Source: Bdellovibrionales bacterium (GTDB lineage: Bacteria; Bdellovibrionota; Bdellovibrionia; Bdellovibrionales; UBA1609). Taken from it: a stretch of 64,000 nt of DNA. The DNA lies in assembly GCA_965203095.1 (NCBI GenBank), contig OZ241877.1, forward strand, positions 1,280,001-1,344,000, written 5' to 3'. Both the position numbers and the translations under genes were made by a program. The notes under the pieces were generated by a model. The model was not told the origin of the DNA and did not search any database. It saw nothing but the letters and a program-made list of their open reading frames with translations. Below are positions 39,431 through 49,307 of this stretch, piece after piece. Every line of letters begins with the position of its first letter. The stretch's first letter is position 1.

Positions 39431-39466
39431 CCTGAGGAAGTGGCAGTGGCTTGCTCCGCCCCTTAA
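39431..39466 (+). repeat. duplicated 3' end of the Bor-like gene (att-like)
   Basis: 32/36 identical to 37799-37834; both encode PEEVAVACSAP*, and all 4 differences are synonymous. Confidence 0.85.
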
Positions 39467-39481
39467 ATTCTTATATAAACT

Positions 39482-40198
39482 TCATTTTTTCATAAATAAG
39501 GGGGCTATCGCCAAAGATCCTTCAAAAAGAAGATATAGGGGGATCATCATAAAAAGCATGCTAAAAATATCTGGAGGAGTGATCATAGCCGAAAGGAAAG
39601 CGATAAAAACCACTACATAGGGGCGAGCTTTTGCCAACTGCTCCGTCTTGACAATATTCATTTTTAAAAGAGCCAGCAAAATTAGAGGCAATTCAAACAC
39701 TAAAGCAAAAACCAAAGCAGTTCTCAAAAAAAAGGATAAATAAGGTTTTAATGAGATATAAGGCATTTCATCTCCTCCAAAGCTCAACAAAAAGCGAAAA
39801 GAAAAAGGAGACACCACAAAATACACAAATAAAACCCCTGACAGAAAGAGAATAGCACTTATAGTCACAAGTAAAAGAGTCCACTTTTTTTCTTGTTTAT
39901 AAAGCCCTGGGGAAATAAAACTCCAAACTTGATACAGCCAAAAGGGACAAGATAAAATGATGCCGGAAAACAAACTGACTCTAAGGTAAGAGAAAAACTT
40001 TTCAAAAGGAGTTATAAAAATCAAGTGGCCTTTTGTTGCAGTAAGATAAGGTTGCACTGGGGCACTGATTAGGGATAAAATTTCCGAACTAAAAAAATAG
40101 CTGAGAGCCATGCCACCGGCAATAAAAAGCAGGCTTTTTACTATCCGGCCCCTTAGCTCTGTAAGGTGCTCTGTAATGTGAGATATGTTGGCAAACAT
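39482..40198 (-). CDS. tatC: twin-arginine translocase subunit TatC
   Basis: HLTELRGR, FISPGLY, FELP, ITPPD. Confidence 0.95.
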   Translation of the reverse strand: MFANISHITEHLTELRGRIVKSLLFIAGGMALSYFFSSEILSLISAPVQPYLTATKGHLIFITPFEKFFSYLRVSLFSGIILSCPFWLYQVWSFISPGLYKQEKKWTLLLVTISAILFLSGVLFVYFVVSPFSFRFLLSFGGDEMPYISLKPYLSFFLRTALVFALVFELPLILLALLKMNIVKTEQLAKARPYVVVFIAFLSAMITPPDIFSMLFMMIPLYLLFEGSLAIAPLFMKK

Positions 40199-40415
40199 AC
40201 AAAAAACTCTTTAGTTTAGGAGCAAACTTGTAGCTCTATTTACTGTTCCCACCTTAATTTTCACAAAAAACCAACTGTTTTTAGCTTTAATATCAAATAT
40301 AATTTAAAATGTGGAGGCTTATTTTGGTTTATGGGTATTTAAAGTGTCATGAACCAAATAATTATTCAAAAAGCTTGAAACTTCCAAAAAAGAATTTTAA
40401 TGTGAGGGTGAAATT

Positions 40416-40691
40416 ATGAAATGGAATGAGCTTATAAGCCTTAGAATTTCAGAGTTAGTGGCCCGCCAGTTGGCCAAGTCCCATCAGGTCCAGATTAAAG
40501 GTGATGAGGAGAGCCTTCGCAAACGGGTGGAACAAACAGTTCGATCCCATTTTGAGCAGGAAAGGCAGTTGGTAGATGAAGTCTACCAAATGATGGAAGA
40601 TTTAGAAAGCCAAGGCCATCGCTTTGAGAGACGAAAAATGTTTCCTCTATTAAAAGCCAAACTGGCCAAGCAGAAAGGCTTTATTTTATAA
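40416..40691 (+). CDS. DUF507-like protein
   Basis: Ends with RKMFPLLKAKLAKQKGFIL, typical of the family; paired with the next gene. Confidence 0.6.
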   Translation: MKWNELISLRISELVARQLAKSHQVQIKGDEESLRKRVEQTVRSHFEQERQLVDEVYQMMEDLESQGHRFERRKMFPLLKAKLAKQKGFIL

Positions 40692-40692
40692 T

Positions 40693-40980
40693 ATGAAGTT
40701 ATCCATAGATCGACAAAACTTTTTATCCAGTGTTATTTTAAAAGATATTTTGCAGGCGGATTCAGTTCAGGCGGATTCTAAAGAGATTTTGCTGGATCAG
40801 ATCAAAAAAGCTTTATCCTTATTTGTTCAAGAATGGGCAGAGATAGAGCATTCTGCTGAAAGCAAGGTCGCGGGGATTAAAAGAGGCATTACCCCCGGTT
40901 CTGCAGAATGGGACACATTATACGATCGCTTTTTTGAAGAAATCTTTAGGAAAAAAAGCTCTCTCTTCACTAAAAAATAA
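40693..40980 (+). CDS. DUF507-like protein
   Basis: MKLS…IKRGITPGSAEWDTLY…EE. Confidence 0.65.
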   Translation: MKLSIDRQNFLSSVILKDILQADSVQADSKEILLDQIKKALSLFVQEWAEIEHSAESKVAGIKRGITPGSAEWDTLYDRFFEEIFRKKSSLFTKK

Positions 40981-41081
40981 AAAAATAATAAAAAAACCTT
41001 GCTCTTTTTTAAATTTGCCTTAGACTTTTTAAAAAGACAGACCTAACAGCAGGTTGTCGCTTTTAATCTTTTAATAAAGAG

Positions 41082-41933
41082 ATGGAGGATAAAATGAACT
41101 CATTAGATCTCACAATTTGGCAAGCCAGTTTAAAGGCTTCTGCTGAGGCTTTATGGACAAAACTTGCAGAGTATGTGCCTAACATTTTTGGGACTATTCT
41201 CTTACTTCTTGTTGGATATTTTGTTTCAAAAATAATAGCCGGCACTTGCCGAAGGATCTTAAAAACAGCTGGTTTAGATAAAATCAGCCAAAAAGTCGGC
41301 CTGCACAGTGGGCTGGAAAAGATGGGCATTCAGCTCAAATCCTCTGAGCTTTTTTCAAAAGCTCTTTTTTGGCTCATTATGTTAATTTTTATCATCTCCG
41401 CCTCAGAGGCTTTAAAACTGACAAAAATCACAGCCACCATTGACGCTTTTGTCCGTTATTTCCCCAACATATTGGGGGCCGGGCTGATTTTTATTTTGGG
41501 TCTTATGTTTGCCCATTTTATCAAAAACATTATTGAGAACTACAGCCAAAAGGCCAATTTAAGTTATGGGAAAGCTTTGTCGGCAGTCATCCACCCCATC
41601 TTGGTTGTGGTTATTACAGTGTTTGCCATCGATCAACTGAAGATAGAAACAGAGCTGTTAAACCGAATCATTGAGATCACTTTGATTTCTGCCGGTGCGG
41701 CATTAGCTCTAAGTTTTGGCTTTGGGGCAAAAGATCTGGCCCGAAACATTATCTCCGGAGCTTACCTCAAAGGGCAATTAAAACCTGGAGATTTTGTTGA
41801 ACTAAAAGATATTAAGGGGCAGATAAAACAAATCGGTTCTATTAACACCACCTTGTCTGCCGAAAGTGGGGAAAAGTATCATATCCCCAACTCCTCTTTT
41901 ACAGAAAATACAGTGAAATCAAAGTCAGGATAA
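41082..41933 (+). CDS. small-conductance mechanosensitive channel / TM-helix repeat protein
   Basis: Repeated PNI TM helices, GFGAKDLARNIISG, GDFV…IPNS. Confidence 0.8.
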   Translation: MEDKMNSLDLTIWQASLKASAEALWTKLAEYVPNIFGTILLLLVGYFVSKIIAGTCRRILKTAGLDKISQKVGLHSGLEKMGIQLKSSELFSKALFWLIMLIFIISASEALKLTKITATIDAFVRYFPNILGAGLIFILGLMFAHFIKNIIENYSQKANLSYGKALSAVIHPILVVVITVFAIDQLKIETELLNRIIEITLISAGAALALSFGFGAKDLARNIISGAYLKGQLKPGDFVELKDIKGQIKQIGSINTTLSAESGEKYHIPNSSFTENTVKSKSG

Positions 41934-42072
41934 AAGGATCCTCCCTTTTGATTTGTTTTCGGCCCCCCATGCTATGTGGAAAAGCTTGGGATTTTGTGGA
42001 AAAGTAATGTTGATATATGGCAACATACATTACTATTGACAGCTTTTTTTAGCCCCTGATAAGATACAGCTC

Positions 42073-43203
42073 ATGTTAAGGGCTTTGCCTCTGGTTTTCT
42101 GCGTTTTCAGTTTTTCTTCATGGCCTTTAAGCCTGGACTGGTCTGGAGGGGGCCGTTGGGAGGGCTACTATCAAAATTCCCCTGATTCCAGCTGGTATGG
42201 CAATTATCATTTTATTTTACAACCTAAAATTCATGTTGTAGACGGCCTCAATGTCATTGCTCGGTTGAATATGGATTCTGTTGGAGAATCTCGCCTCTCC
42301 TCCTTCTCTTCTTTTGATAGGCAAACGGGCTTTGTTTTTATTTACGGTGGGGATTCTCCAACAAAGCTGAATTTTGAGCCACTGTATTTAAGGCTCTCTC
42401 AATTTTATGTGGATTATCAAGATGAGTTTTTTAGATTACGGTTAGGCCGAGCTGGCTATCATTTTGGATTGGGGACTTCTTATTCAGCAGATAATGATCC
42501 TTTTAAGCATTGGATTAGCTCTCATTATCAGCTGGCTCTTCGTTTAGAGTATGGGCGATTTTATCTCCAGCCGGTGCTTTTTCATAAAAACCAAAGTGCT
42601 GTGGCTTTGGCTCAAGCTGGGTGGTTAAAGGAGCGTTGGGGGGTAGAGGCATTTTTTCAATACGACTTTTCTGCCAGCTCTTTTGTTGAGATTTTTGGCC
42701 AGTATAATTCAGACAGTTGGGAGGCTCAAAGCTCTATATCTTACGGTTTTGGGAAAGAAAAAAACATGGCCTTAGCCATAGAGGCTATAGCTCAAATTCC
42801 TGCAAACTGGCCGATTCACTTAGAGATAAAAAGCGGAGGGGCCTTGGGTCACTTTGCCTTTCACCCCAACTATGATCTGGCCTTGCTGTTTTGGAATCGG
42901 TTGATGAGTGCTCCTGAGGGAGAGGCTCAAGATCCTTCTCCTTCTCAAGTGGCTGAAGGCCGGGTGCAAAAGGGGCTTTACTTTTCCCCTCGCCTGATTT
43001 TTTCCTTTTTTGAGGATCATTTAAAAATAAAACCTTTATTTTTGTTAGTTAGAGATTGGGACAAAAAGAAATTCAACTATGAATTGGATTTGGAAGGGCT
43101 TTATCATTGGAATGAGCAACTCTTCTTTTCCCTAAAGGGGGGAGCACTTTATGAAACGAAACTGAATTTTGCTTTACTGGCTCAGGCCGCCGTCAGCTTC
43201 TGA
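42073..43203 (+). CDS. putative outer-membrane beta-barrel protein
   Basis: Signal peptide, amphipathic strands, C-terminal Phe. Confidence 0.65.
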   Translation: MLRALPLVFCVFSFSSWPLSLDWSGGGRWEGYYQNSPDSSWYGNYHFILQPKIHVVDGLNVIARLNMDSVGESRLSSFSSFDRQTGFVFIYGGDSPTKLNFEPLYLRLSQFYVDYQDEFFRLRLGRAGYHFGLGTSYSADNDPFKHWISSHYQLALRLEYGRFYLQPVLFHKNQSAVALAQAGWLKERWGVEAFFQYDFSASSFVEIFGQYNSDSWEAQSSISYGFGKEKNMALAIEAIAQIPANWPIHLEIKSGGALGHFAFHPNYDLALLFWNRLMSAPEGEAQDPSPSQVAEGRVQKGLYFSPRLIFSFFEDHLKIKPLFLLVRDWDKKKFNYELDLEGLYHWNEQLFFSLKGGALYETKLNFALLAQAAVSF

Positions 43204-43270
43204 ATCTTAGGGCATCATCTCAGAGCTGACATCTTGTAAGACATCTTGTGAGACGGCGGCCTTTTTTTTT
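43184..43270 (+). terminator. long hairpin terminator overlapping the end of the OM protein gene
   Basis: aggccgccgtc (43184) pairs with gacggcggcct (43252), followed by a T run. Confidence 0.5.
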
Positions 43271-43294
43271 ATAATCCATACTCTTACTTGGTGT

Positions 43295-44389
43295 TTATAA
43301 GTCTCCCAGCCCCTCTCTCACTTTGTCGTAATCCACTGCGGGAACAGGTGATCCTACAGCCGGAGTGGTTTTTTTAATACTATCTTGCAAGCGATCAATT
43401 CTTGCCAGCAGGCCATCAAAGCCTCTATTCAAATAAAATCTGTCTTTTTGAGCTTGTTCTTGGCTCATAAAATTAGTGATCTGATCCACTTCGCTTTTTA
43501 TCTTGCGAACAAATGCTATTTTTTCTCTTTGAGAATCCAAAACTTCAAAATCATCCTTCCAATGCATATAATTTTTTAAAAGGTTAGCAGAAGCCCGAAC
43601 AGAGAAAGAATATCTATAAGGGTCATTCAATTCCTCTAACAAGCCACCATCCTCTAAGATATAAGAGTCATCTGAAAATGCCGTTTTCCATAGTTCATTT
43701 TTTAAATCACGGTGATAAAACTCTTCAACTTCCACTGGCAATCCCATTTCAGACATTCGGCTCATTTTACAGTCCAAACGTTCTTCTAAATCAAACTCTC
43801 TAAACTCTTGATCTTCCTTGTCCCACTTTCCCTCACAATGCCTTTCTCTGAGTTGAGCCAGTCTTTTTTCTCTATCCTTTTTATTGTATTCTTTTCGTGC
43901 TGTTTCTGTAGAAACTTCAGCCATATCGTAAATTTTGTGAGCTATATCTAAAACTTGTGACATGACCTCTTCTAAGCCCCCTTCAGCTGAAACTTCAGAG
44001 CTTTCTGAAGAGCAATCATTACAAAAATCGGCCTCTGTGGCATGTCGCTTTCTCTCTCTCATAGCTCCTTTCCCTTCAATTTGTAATACTCCACTTTGGT
44101 TTCTGGTCACTGTGACTTGAGTTCTTAAAGTGTAAGAAGCTCCACCGGCTTTTCTTTGTTTCACTTTTACATTGCAGATAAAAGATGTTCTCTCTTTTTT
44201 TAAAATTTGATCTAAACCGTTTTGACAGTTTTTTTGAATTTTTTCTTGAAGATCTTCTGAAGATTCAGAAGAGGATGCCAAAAATAGCATTCCTTGTTGG
44301 CTTTCAAAATAAGCATAAAAAACCATGCCCAAAACCGCCATATTGGAAATACTGAGTGAAAGAATTAAAAACTTTTTCCAAAACCTCAT
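43295..44389 (-). CDS. hypothetical exported/membrane-anchored protein
   Basis: 364-aa ORF with N-terminal hydrophobic segment and several Cys; GCCGATAT 7 nt upstream of the ATG. Confidence 0.7.
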   Translation of the reverse strand: MRFWKKFLILSLSISNMAVLGMVFYAYFESQQGMLFLASSSESSEDLQEKIQKNCQNGLDQILKKERTSFICNVKVKQRKAGGASYTLRTQVTVTRNQSGVLQIEGKGAMRERKRHATEADFCNDCSSESSEVSAEGGLEEVMSQVLDIAHKIYDMAEVSTETARKEYNKKDREKRLAQLRERHCEGKWDKEDQEFREFDLEERLDCKMSRMSEMGLPVEVEEFYHRDLKNELWKTAFSDDSYILEDGGLLEELNDPYRYSFSVRASANLLKNYMHWKDDFEVLDSQREKIAFVRKIKSEVDQITNFMSQEQAQKDRFYLNRGFDGLLARIDRLQDSIKKTTPAVGSPVPAVDYDKVREGLGDL

Positions 44390-44558
44390 AATTCTAATAT
44401 CGGCAGTTTGTTCTTTTTAATAAAGTTTTTTTGCCCTATATTTTGTAAAAACATATATTTTGATAGGTGAATCACTCAATTTTTAGTTCTTTTGTCCAGT
44501 TTTTGGGCCATATTAGCCTAACAAATAAAATATTTTTCAAAATGGCAGGCGAGTAAAC

Positions 44559-44586
44559 TTAAGCCTTAGTGGGATTTTTCCGATAA
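44559..44586 (+). promoter_or_regulatory. FliA (sigma28)-like promoter of the Tad operon
   Basis: TTAAG-N15-TCCGATAA; SD AAGGAG before cpaB. Confidence 0.6.
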
Positions 44587-44660
44587 AAAGATTGAGAACT
44601 GAATGATTTTTGCTTTACCGCAAAACCAGTTCCAAAGTTTTTATAACTTAAGGAGTAAAA

Positions 44661-45482
44661 ATGAATAAAAATGAAACCTTAACTCTTTGGATATCCGTAG
44701 CGGCTGGGCTTTTTGCTACAGTTTTGATTTACAATTACATACAGGACCAAAATGAAGAAACTTCAAAAAAATTTGGTGCTCAAACCACTGTTATTGTGGC
44801 CAGGCAATTCATCAGTGATATGGAAACTGTTCAGGAGGATATGATAGAAATCAAATCTATTCCTGAAGCTTTTGTTCAACCCGGCCATGCCCGACAAGAG
44901 GAAGATGTGGTGGGTTTAGTGGCACTGGCTCCTATAGGAAAAGGGGAGCAAATTTTAAGCAATAAAGTGATTATGCCCGGGCCAGAGACAGGTCTCTCCC
45001 TTCAGGTTTCTCCAGGGAAAAGAGCTGTCACTATCCCCATTAGCGAACACAGAGCAGTGGCTCGCCTTTTAAAACCAGGAGATCGTGTGGATATGCTTGT
45101 AGCTGTTGACCTGAGTGTGGGGACTTCTCAAAAAAGATATATTAAAACCCTTCTTCAAGATATAGTGATTTTGGCCACAGGTTTGAAAGTGGTCAATGAG
45201 CTACCTCGCATTCACGAAGAAGTAGGTGGTGAGCCTTACATTACAAATTTGAGAATGGCAAATGATTTTTCCACCATCACTATTGAGGCCTCTCCAGAAA
45301 ACACTCAAAAAATTATCTATTTGCTGTCCACAAACCCAGAGAGCATATTTTTTACCCTTCGGCACCCTTCAGATAACAGCTTTCTTTCCGCTTTAAAACA
45401 AACAGAGATGGCAGATATTCTTGGAGGAGGCTTGACCCCGCGGAAACCAGCTGGTGGTGCTCCTCCTAAGCTGAAATATTAA
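44661..45482 (+). CDS. cpaB: Flp pilus assembly protein CpaB/RcpC
   Basis: TM, SAF domain (VIVAR…GEQIL), PGKRAVTI…LKPGDRVD. Confidence 0.9.
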   Translation: MNKNETLTLWISVAAGLFATVLIYNYIQDQNEETSKKFGAQTTVIVARQFISDMETVQEDMIEIKSIPEAFVQPGHARQEEDVVGLVALAPIGKGEQILSNKVIMPGPETGLSLQVSPGKRAVTIPISEHRAVARLLKPGDRVDMLVAVDLSVGTSQKRYIKTLLQDIVILATGLKVVNELPRIHEEVGGEPYITNLRMANDFSTITIEASPENTQKIIYLLSTNPESIFFTLRHPSDNSFLSALKQTEMADILGGGLTPRKPAGGAPPKLKY

Positions 45483-45488
45483 GTCTTT

Positions 45489-47015
45489 ATGGCAAATATG
45501 AAAACAAATAAAAAAATTATAAATATCCTGTGTGCACTTTTATTTATCGCTTGGCTGAGTGGCCCTGTAGCCCTCGCCAATAAAGTGGTTAAGAACATAG
45601 ATTACCTTTACATGCATATTGGCTTGCAGATGGATTACCCTCTGCCAGAAGAGTTTAGAAAAGAGCAGTTGAAGTTTGAAGGTAATTATAAAAGATGGAC
45701 CTCTGCTGTTTATAGAAAAGATAAAAATGAAATTCGCTTTACACCTAAAAGGGTAGGTTCTGCCATGTTGATTATAAAAAACAAAAAAAACAAAATCATT
45801 GGGCGACTGAGCATTGATATTCAAAAAGATAATCTACATAAAATTGCCGCAGAACTAAGAGACCTGCTTGTTGCCGTAGATGGAATAGAAATAAAAATTT
45901 ATAACAAAAAAGTAGTGATTGACGGCCAGATTCTTTTCCCTAAGGAGATGGCCCGGATCCAAGCCGTTAAAGCACAGTATGGGGATATTGTGCAAGTTTT
46001 AGTCACTTACAGCCCCTTAGCTCAGAAAAAAATCGCCAGCACTATTGAAAAGGAGATTGGCTACCCGGAAATGACAGTGAGATATGCTTACAACCGCTTT
46101 CTTTTAGAGGGCTGTGTAAGCAGTCAAGAGGAATATAAAAGAGCCCAAAGTATTGCCAACCTCTATACTCAATTTGATTTGTCTCCTGTAGGTGATCAGG
46201 CTTCCCGCCGGCCAGTTTATATAGTAAAAAACGATTTGACCATCCCCTGTGAGTCCGACAAGAAGGACGAGGAGGAAAAGGCACAAAAAAGCGAAATTAA
46301 AAAGCTCATTCAAATTGTGGTTCATTTTGTAGAAATGAATAAGAGCTTTGGGCGAGGCTTTTCATTTCAGTGGTCCCCAGCCATCAATACTGGAGGAACT
46401 CAAATCAATGCTTCAATAGGGAATCAACCTGGTATTCCCAGAGGAATTACATCGGTTTTAACAGCCACAGTGGCTAACTTTTTTCCAAAATTGAATTGGG
46501 CAAAAAAATTTAATTTTGCCAGAGTTCTGCACAACTCCAGTGTATTAGTTCAGAATGAAGAGACAGGAACAATCTCTATGGTGACCACTGTCCCCGATAA
46601 GGTCTCTTCCAGCGGAGACAAGGTTTCCGGTGGGGCCCAGTCCGCCGTCACCACAGCCATAAAACCCAGAATTACTGGCGAGAGGGATAATTTGGTCCAG
46701 ATGGGAGTCAATGTTACAGTGTCTGCTCCTGATGGCAAAGGGGGCGTGACTCAAAAAAGCATTAACACGACCATTCATGTTCAGGACAGCTACAGTGCAG
46801 TGCTTGGTGGAATCATCAGCTCTCATCTTATCAGAAGTTATAATGACCCTCCCCGTGGAGGAGTTGAAGCTGGACTCCCCCTCTTAGATTTGATCTCTGC
46901 AAAAAATTACTCTACTCAAAAATCTCAGTTTGTTGTGTTCATTACTCCTTTAATTAAAAGCTCCTCCAGCTTAGGTGTTGAACGGATCAAGCGTAAATTT
47001 AGGTTAGATGAATAA
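45489..47015 (+). CDS. cpaC: Tad secretin CpaC/RcpA-like with BON domain
   Basis: Signal peptide, BON-like region, secretin-type C-terminal part (FVVFITP); operon context. Confidence 0.75.
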   Translation: MANMKTNKKIINILCALLFIAWLSGPVALANKVVKNIDYLYMHIGLQMDYPLPEEFRKEQLKFEGNYKRWTSAVYRKDKNEIRFTPKRVGSAMLIIKNKKNKIIGRLSIDIQKDNLHKIAAELRDLLVAVDGIEIKIYNKKVVIDGQILFPKEMARIQAVKAQYGDIVQVLVTYSPLAQKKIASTIEKEIGYPEMTVRYAYNRFLLEGCVSSQEEYKRAQSIANLYTQFDLSPVGDQASRRPVYIVKNDLTIPCESDKKDEEEKAQKSEIKKLIQIVVHFVEMNKSFGRGFSFQWSPAINTGGTQINASIGNQPGIPRGITSVLTATVANFFPKLNWAKKFNFARVLHNSSVLVQNEETGTISMVTTVPDKVSSSGDKVSGGAQSAVTTAIKPRITGERDNLVQMGVNVTVSAPDGKGGVTQKSINTTIHVQDSYSAVLGGIISSHLIRSYNDPPRGGVEAGLPLLDLISAKNYSTQKSQFVVFITPLIKSSSSLGVERIKRKFRLDE

Positions 47016-47033
47016 ATCAGGAGACAGCTAAAA

Positions 47034-49307
47034 ATGAATTTATCTGAAAAATGTCATATTGTGGCCGTCACCGGCGGAAAAGGCGGAGTGGGGAAAAGTG
47101 TTTTGGCGGCGAATTTGGCCTTATCCTTCCAAACAGAGTTTAAAATCCCCGTCTTGCTTATGGACTTAGACAGCAAGAGTTGTGGGGATCAAAATGTGAT
47201 CCTTGGGCTCAGCTCCCGTTTAAATGTGGAGCAGTTTAGTGTTTACAAACAGGCCATTAATCCACAGAGTTTGAAAAAAATTTTAGCCTACCACCCTTCC
47301 GGTATGGCCTACTTGAGTGCTGTTTTGGGCATAGATCAAAAACTCAACAGTGATTTGCAAATGTTTAAAAAGCAAATGTTTCATCTGTCTCAGTTTTTCA
47401 ATTATATAATTGTAGATGTGGGCTGTGATATAGGCCCTTTGCAAGAAGAAATTTTAAATGCGAGCAGTGGGATTTTGCTTGTGACCGCTCCGGAAATTTT
47501 AGCCCTTAACCAAAGTAAAAGAGTCCTTGCCAATTTATCTTACCTGCCCTCCTCTTTGTTTTATGTAGTCATTAACAAAGAGAGCCGGAGGGGCTTAAAT
47601 TCCTCTTTAGTGGCGAGAAATTTGGCCCGCACTTTGTTAAGTGCTTTGCCAGAAGATCCGGCACTGGCGGAGAGCCTGCATTCCTCTAAGCCTTTTGTTT
47701 TGTCACAACCTCATTCTGCTTGGACTAAAGCTTGTTATGAGCTGGCTCGAAAGTTAGGTGGAGGTCTCCTTCAAAAGGGAAAACAAGTGGGGAGAAAAGC
47801 CCTCCCAAAAAAGCCCTCCCCTTCAACTGTGGCAGGTGAAAAAGCCTCCCCTGAACCCACTTCAGAACAAGACAAATTGGACCCTATGACACTTTTTAAA
47901 CTTCAAATTCACTCTGAGCTGATTAAAGAAATGGATTTAAAAAAAGACTTAACTAAGGCCAAAGACCCCGCCTCTAAAAGGGAGCTAAGGCAAAAAACCC
48001 AAACCACTATTGCCCGGTTGGTGGATCTCAGAGGGCAAAACTTTTCCAGAGATGAAAGGAACACAGTTATTACTCATGTTTTAAATGAGGCTTTAGGCTT
48101 AGGGGTTTTAGAGCAGTTGTTAGCGGATTCAGCTGTTTCTGAAGTTATGGTCAATGGCTGTAATCAAATATTTTGTGAAAAAGGAGGGAGACTTCAGCTG
48201 AGTCGTCTGACAGTCACTTCTAACCGGCATTTGAGAAACATTATTGAGAGAATTGTCACCCCCTTAGGCCGAAGGATTGATGAAAAAACCCCTTATGTGG
48301 ACGCTCGGCTGGAGGACGGGAGCCGTGTAAATGCTGTAATAGAACCTTTGGCAATGGATGGCCCTGCCCTTACTATTAGAAAATTTCCCTCAGAGAGAAT
48401 AGTAATGAATGACTTGGTTGCCCGCTTTAAATCTTTAACTGAAGAGATGGGAGGTTTTTTACAGATCTGTGTGGAGCAGGGTTTAAATGTAGTGATTTCC
48501 GGCGGGACCGGGTCGGGAAAAACCACCTTTTTAAATGTTTTATCCAGCTTTATCCCCTCTGGGGAGAGAATCATTACTATTGAAGACGCCGCAGAACTTC
48601 AGCTCAAACAAGATCATGTGGTCCGTTTAGAAACTCGTCCCGCCAATATAGAAGGAGAGGGAGAAGTCAGCATTCGTGATCTGATAAAAAACTCCCTCAG
48701 AATGCGACCCGACCGTATCGTGGTTGGGGAGTGCCGTGACGGGGCGGCTTTAGACATGCTCTCCGCTATGAATACAGGGCACGATGGCTCCTTAACCACA
48801 GTTCATGCCAACAACCCCAGAGAGGCTGTGGCCCGTTTAGAAACTTTATGCCTTATGGCTGGAATGGAACTGCCCGCAAAAGCCATTCGGGAGCAAATTG
48901 CCTCAGCAGTAAATATGATCATTCAAATTGGAAGGCTAAGTGACGGAAGCCGAAAAGTAAAAAGCATTACTGAAGTTGTGGGTATGCAAGGGGATGTTGT
49001 CACTTTGCAGGAGGTTTTTCGCTTTAAAGAGGAAGGCTTTACAAAAGATGGAAAAATTTTAGGGCAGTTTCAAGCTGTGGGAATTATACCTACCTGTATT
49101 GAAAAATTTGAACGAAAAGGAGTCAAAATCCCCCGCTCTCTTTTCACAACAAAGTCCTCTAAGGAGATGAAATCTCCCTCCTTAAGTTTAAAGCCGGGCT
49201 TTAAACGACCACCCTCCTTTACCCCCACCCCTAAGAAGGAAGGGCCAACTCCAGCCTCTTCACCAAAAAAACCTATTCGTCCAGTAATAAAAAAGAGAAT
49301 GATCTGA
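47034..49307 (+). CDS. tadA: TadZ/CpaE(MinD-like)-TadA/CpaF fusion ATPase
   Basis: N-terminal GGKGGVGKS; C-terminal GGTGSGKTT, LRMRPDRIVVGECR, NTGHDG. Confidence 0.92.
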   Translation: MNLSEKCHIVAVTGGKGGVGKSVLAANLALSFQTEFKIPVLLMDLDSKSCGDQNVILGLSSRLNVEQFSVYKQAINPQSLKKILAYHPSGMAYLSAVLGIDQKLNSDLQMFKKQMFHLSQFFNYIIVDVGCDIGPLQEEILNASSGILLVTAPEILALNQSKRVLANLSYLPSSLFYVVINKESRRGLNSSLVARNLARTLLSALPEDPALAESLHSSKPFVLSQPHSAWTKACYELARKLGGGLLQKGKQVGRKALPKKPSPSTVAGEKASPEPTSEQDKLDPMTLFKLQIHSELIKEMDLKKDLTKAKDPASKRELRQKTQTTIARLVDLRGQNFSRDERNTVITHVLNEALGLGVLEQLLADSAVSEVMVNGCNQIFCEKGGRLQLSRLTVTSNRHLRNIIERIVTPLGRRIDEKTPYVDARLEDGSRVNAVIEPLAMDGPALTIRKFPSERIVMNDLVARFKSLTEEMGGFLQICVEQGLNVVISGGTGSGKTTFLNVLSSFIPSGERIITIEDAAELQLKQDHVVRLETRPANIEGEGEVSIRDLIKNSLRMRPDRIVVGECRDGAALDMLSAMNTGHDGSLTTVHANNPREAVARLETLCLMAGMELPAKAIREQIASAVNMIIQIGRLSDGSRKVKSITEVVGMQGDVVTLQEVFRFKEEGFTKDGKILGQFQAVGIIPTCIEKFERKGVKIPRSLFTTKSSKEMKSPSLSLKPGFKRPPSFTPTPKKEGPTPASSPKKPIRPVIKKRMI

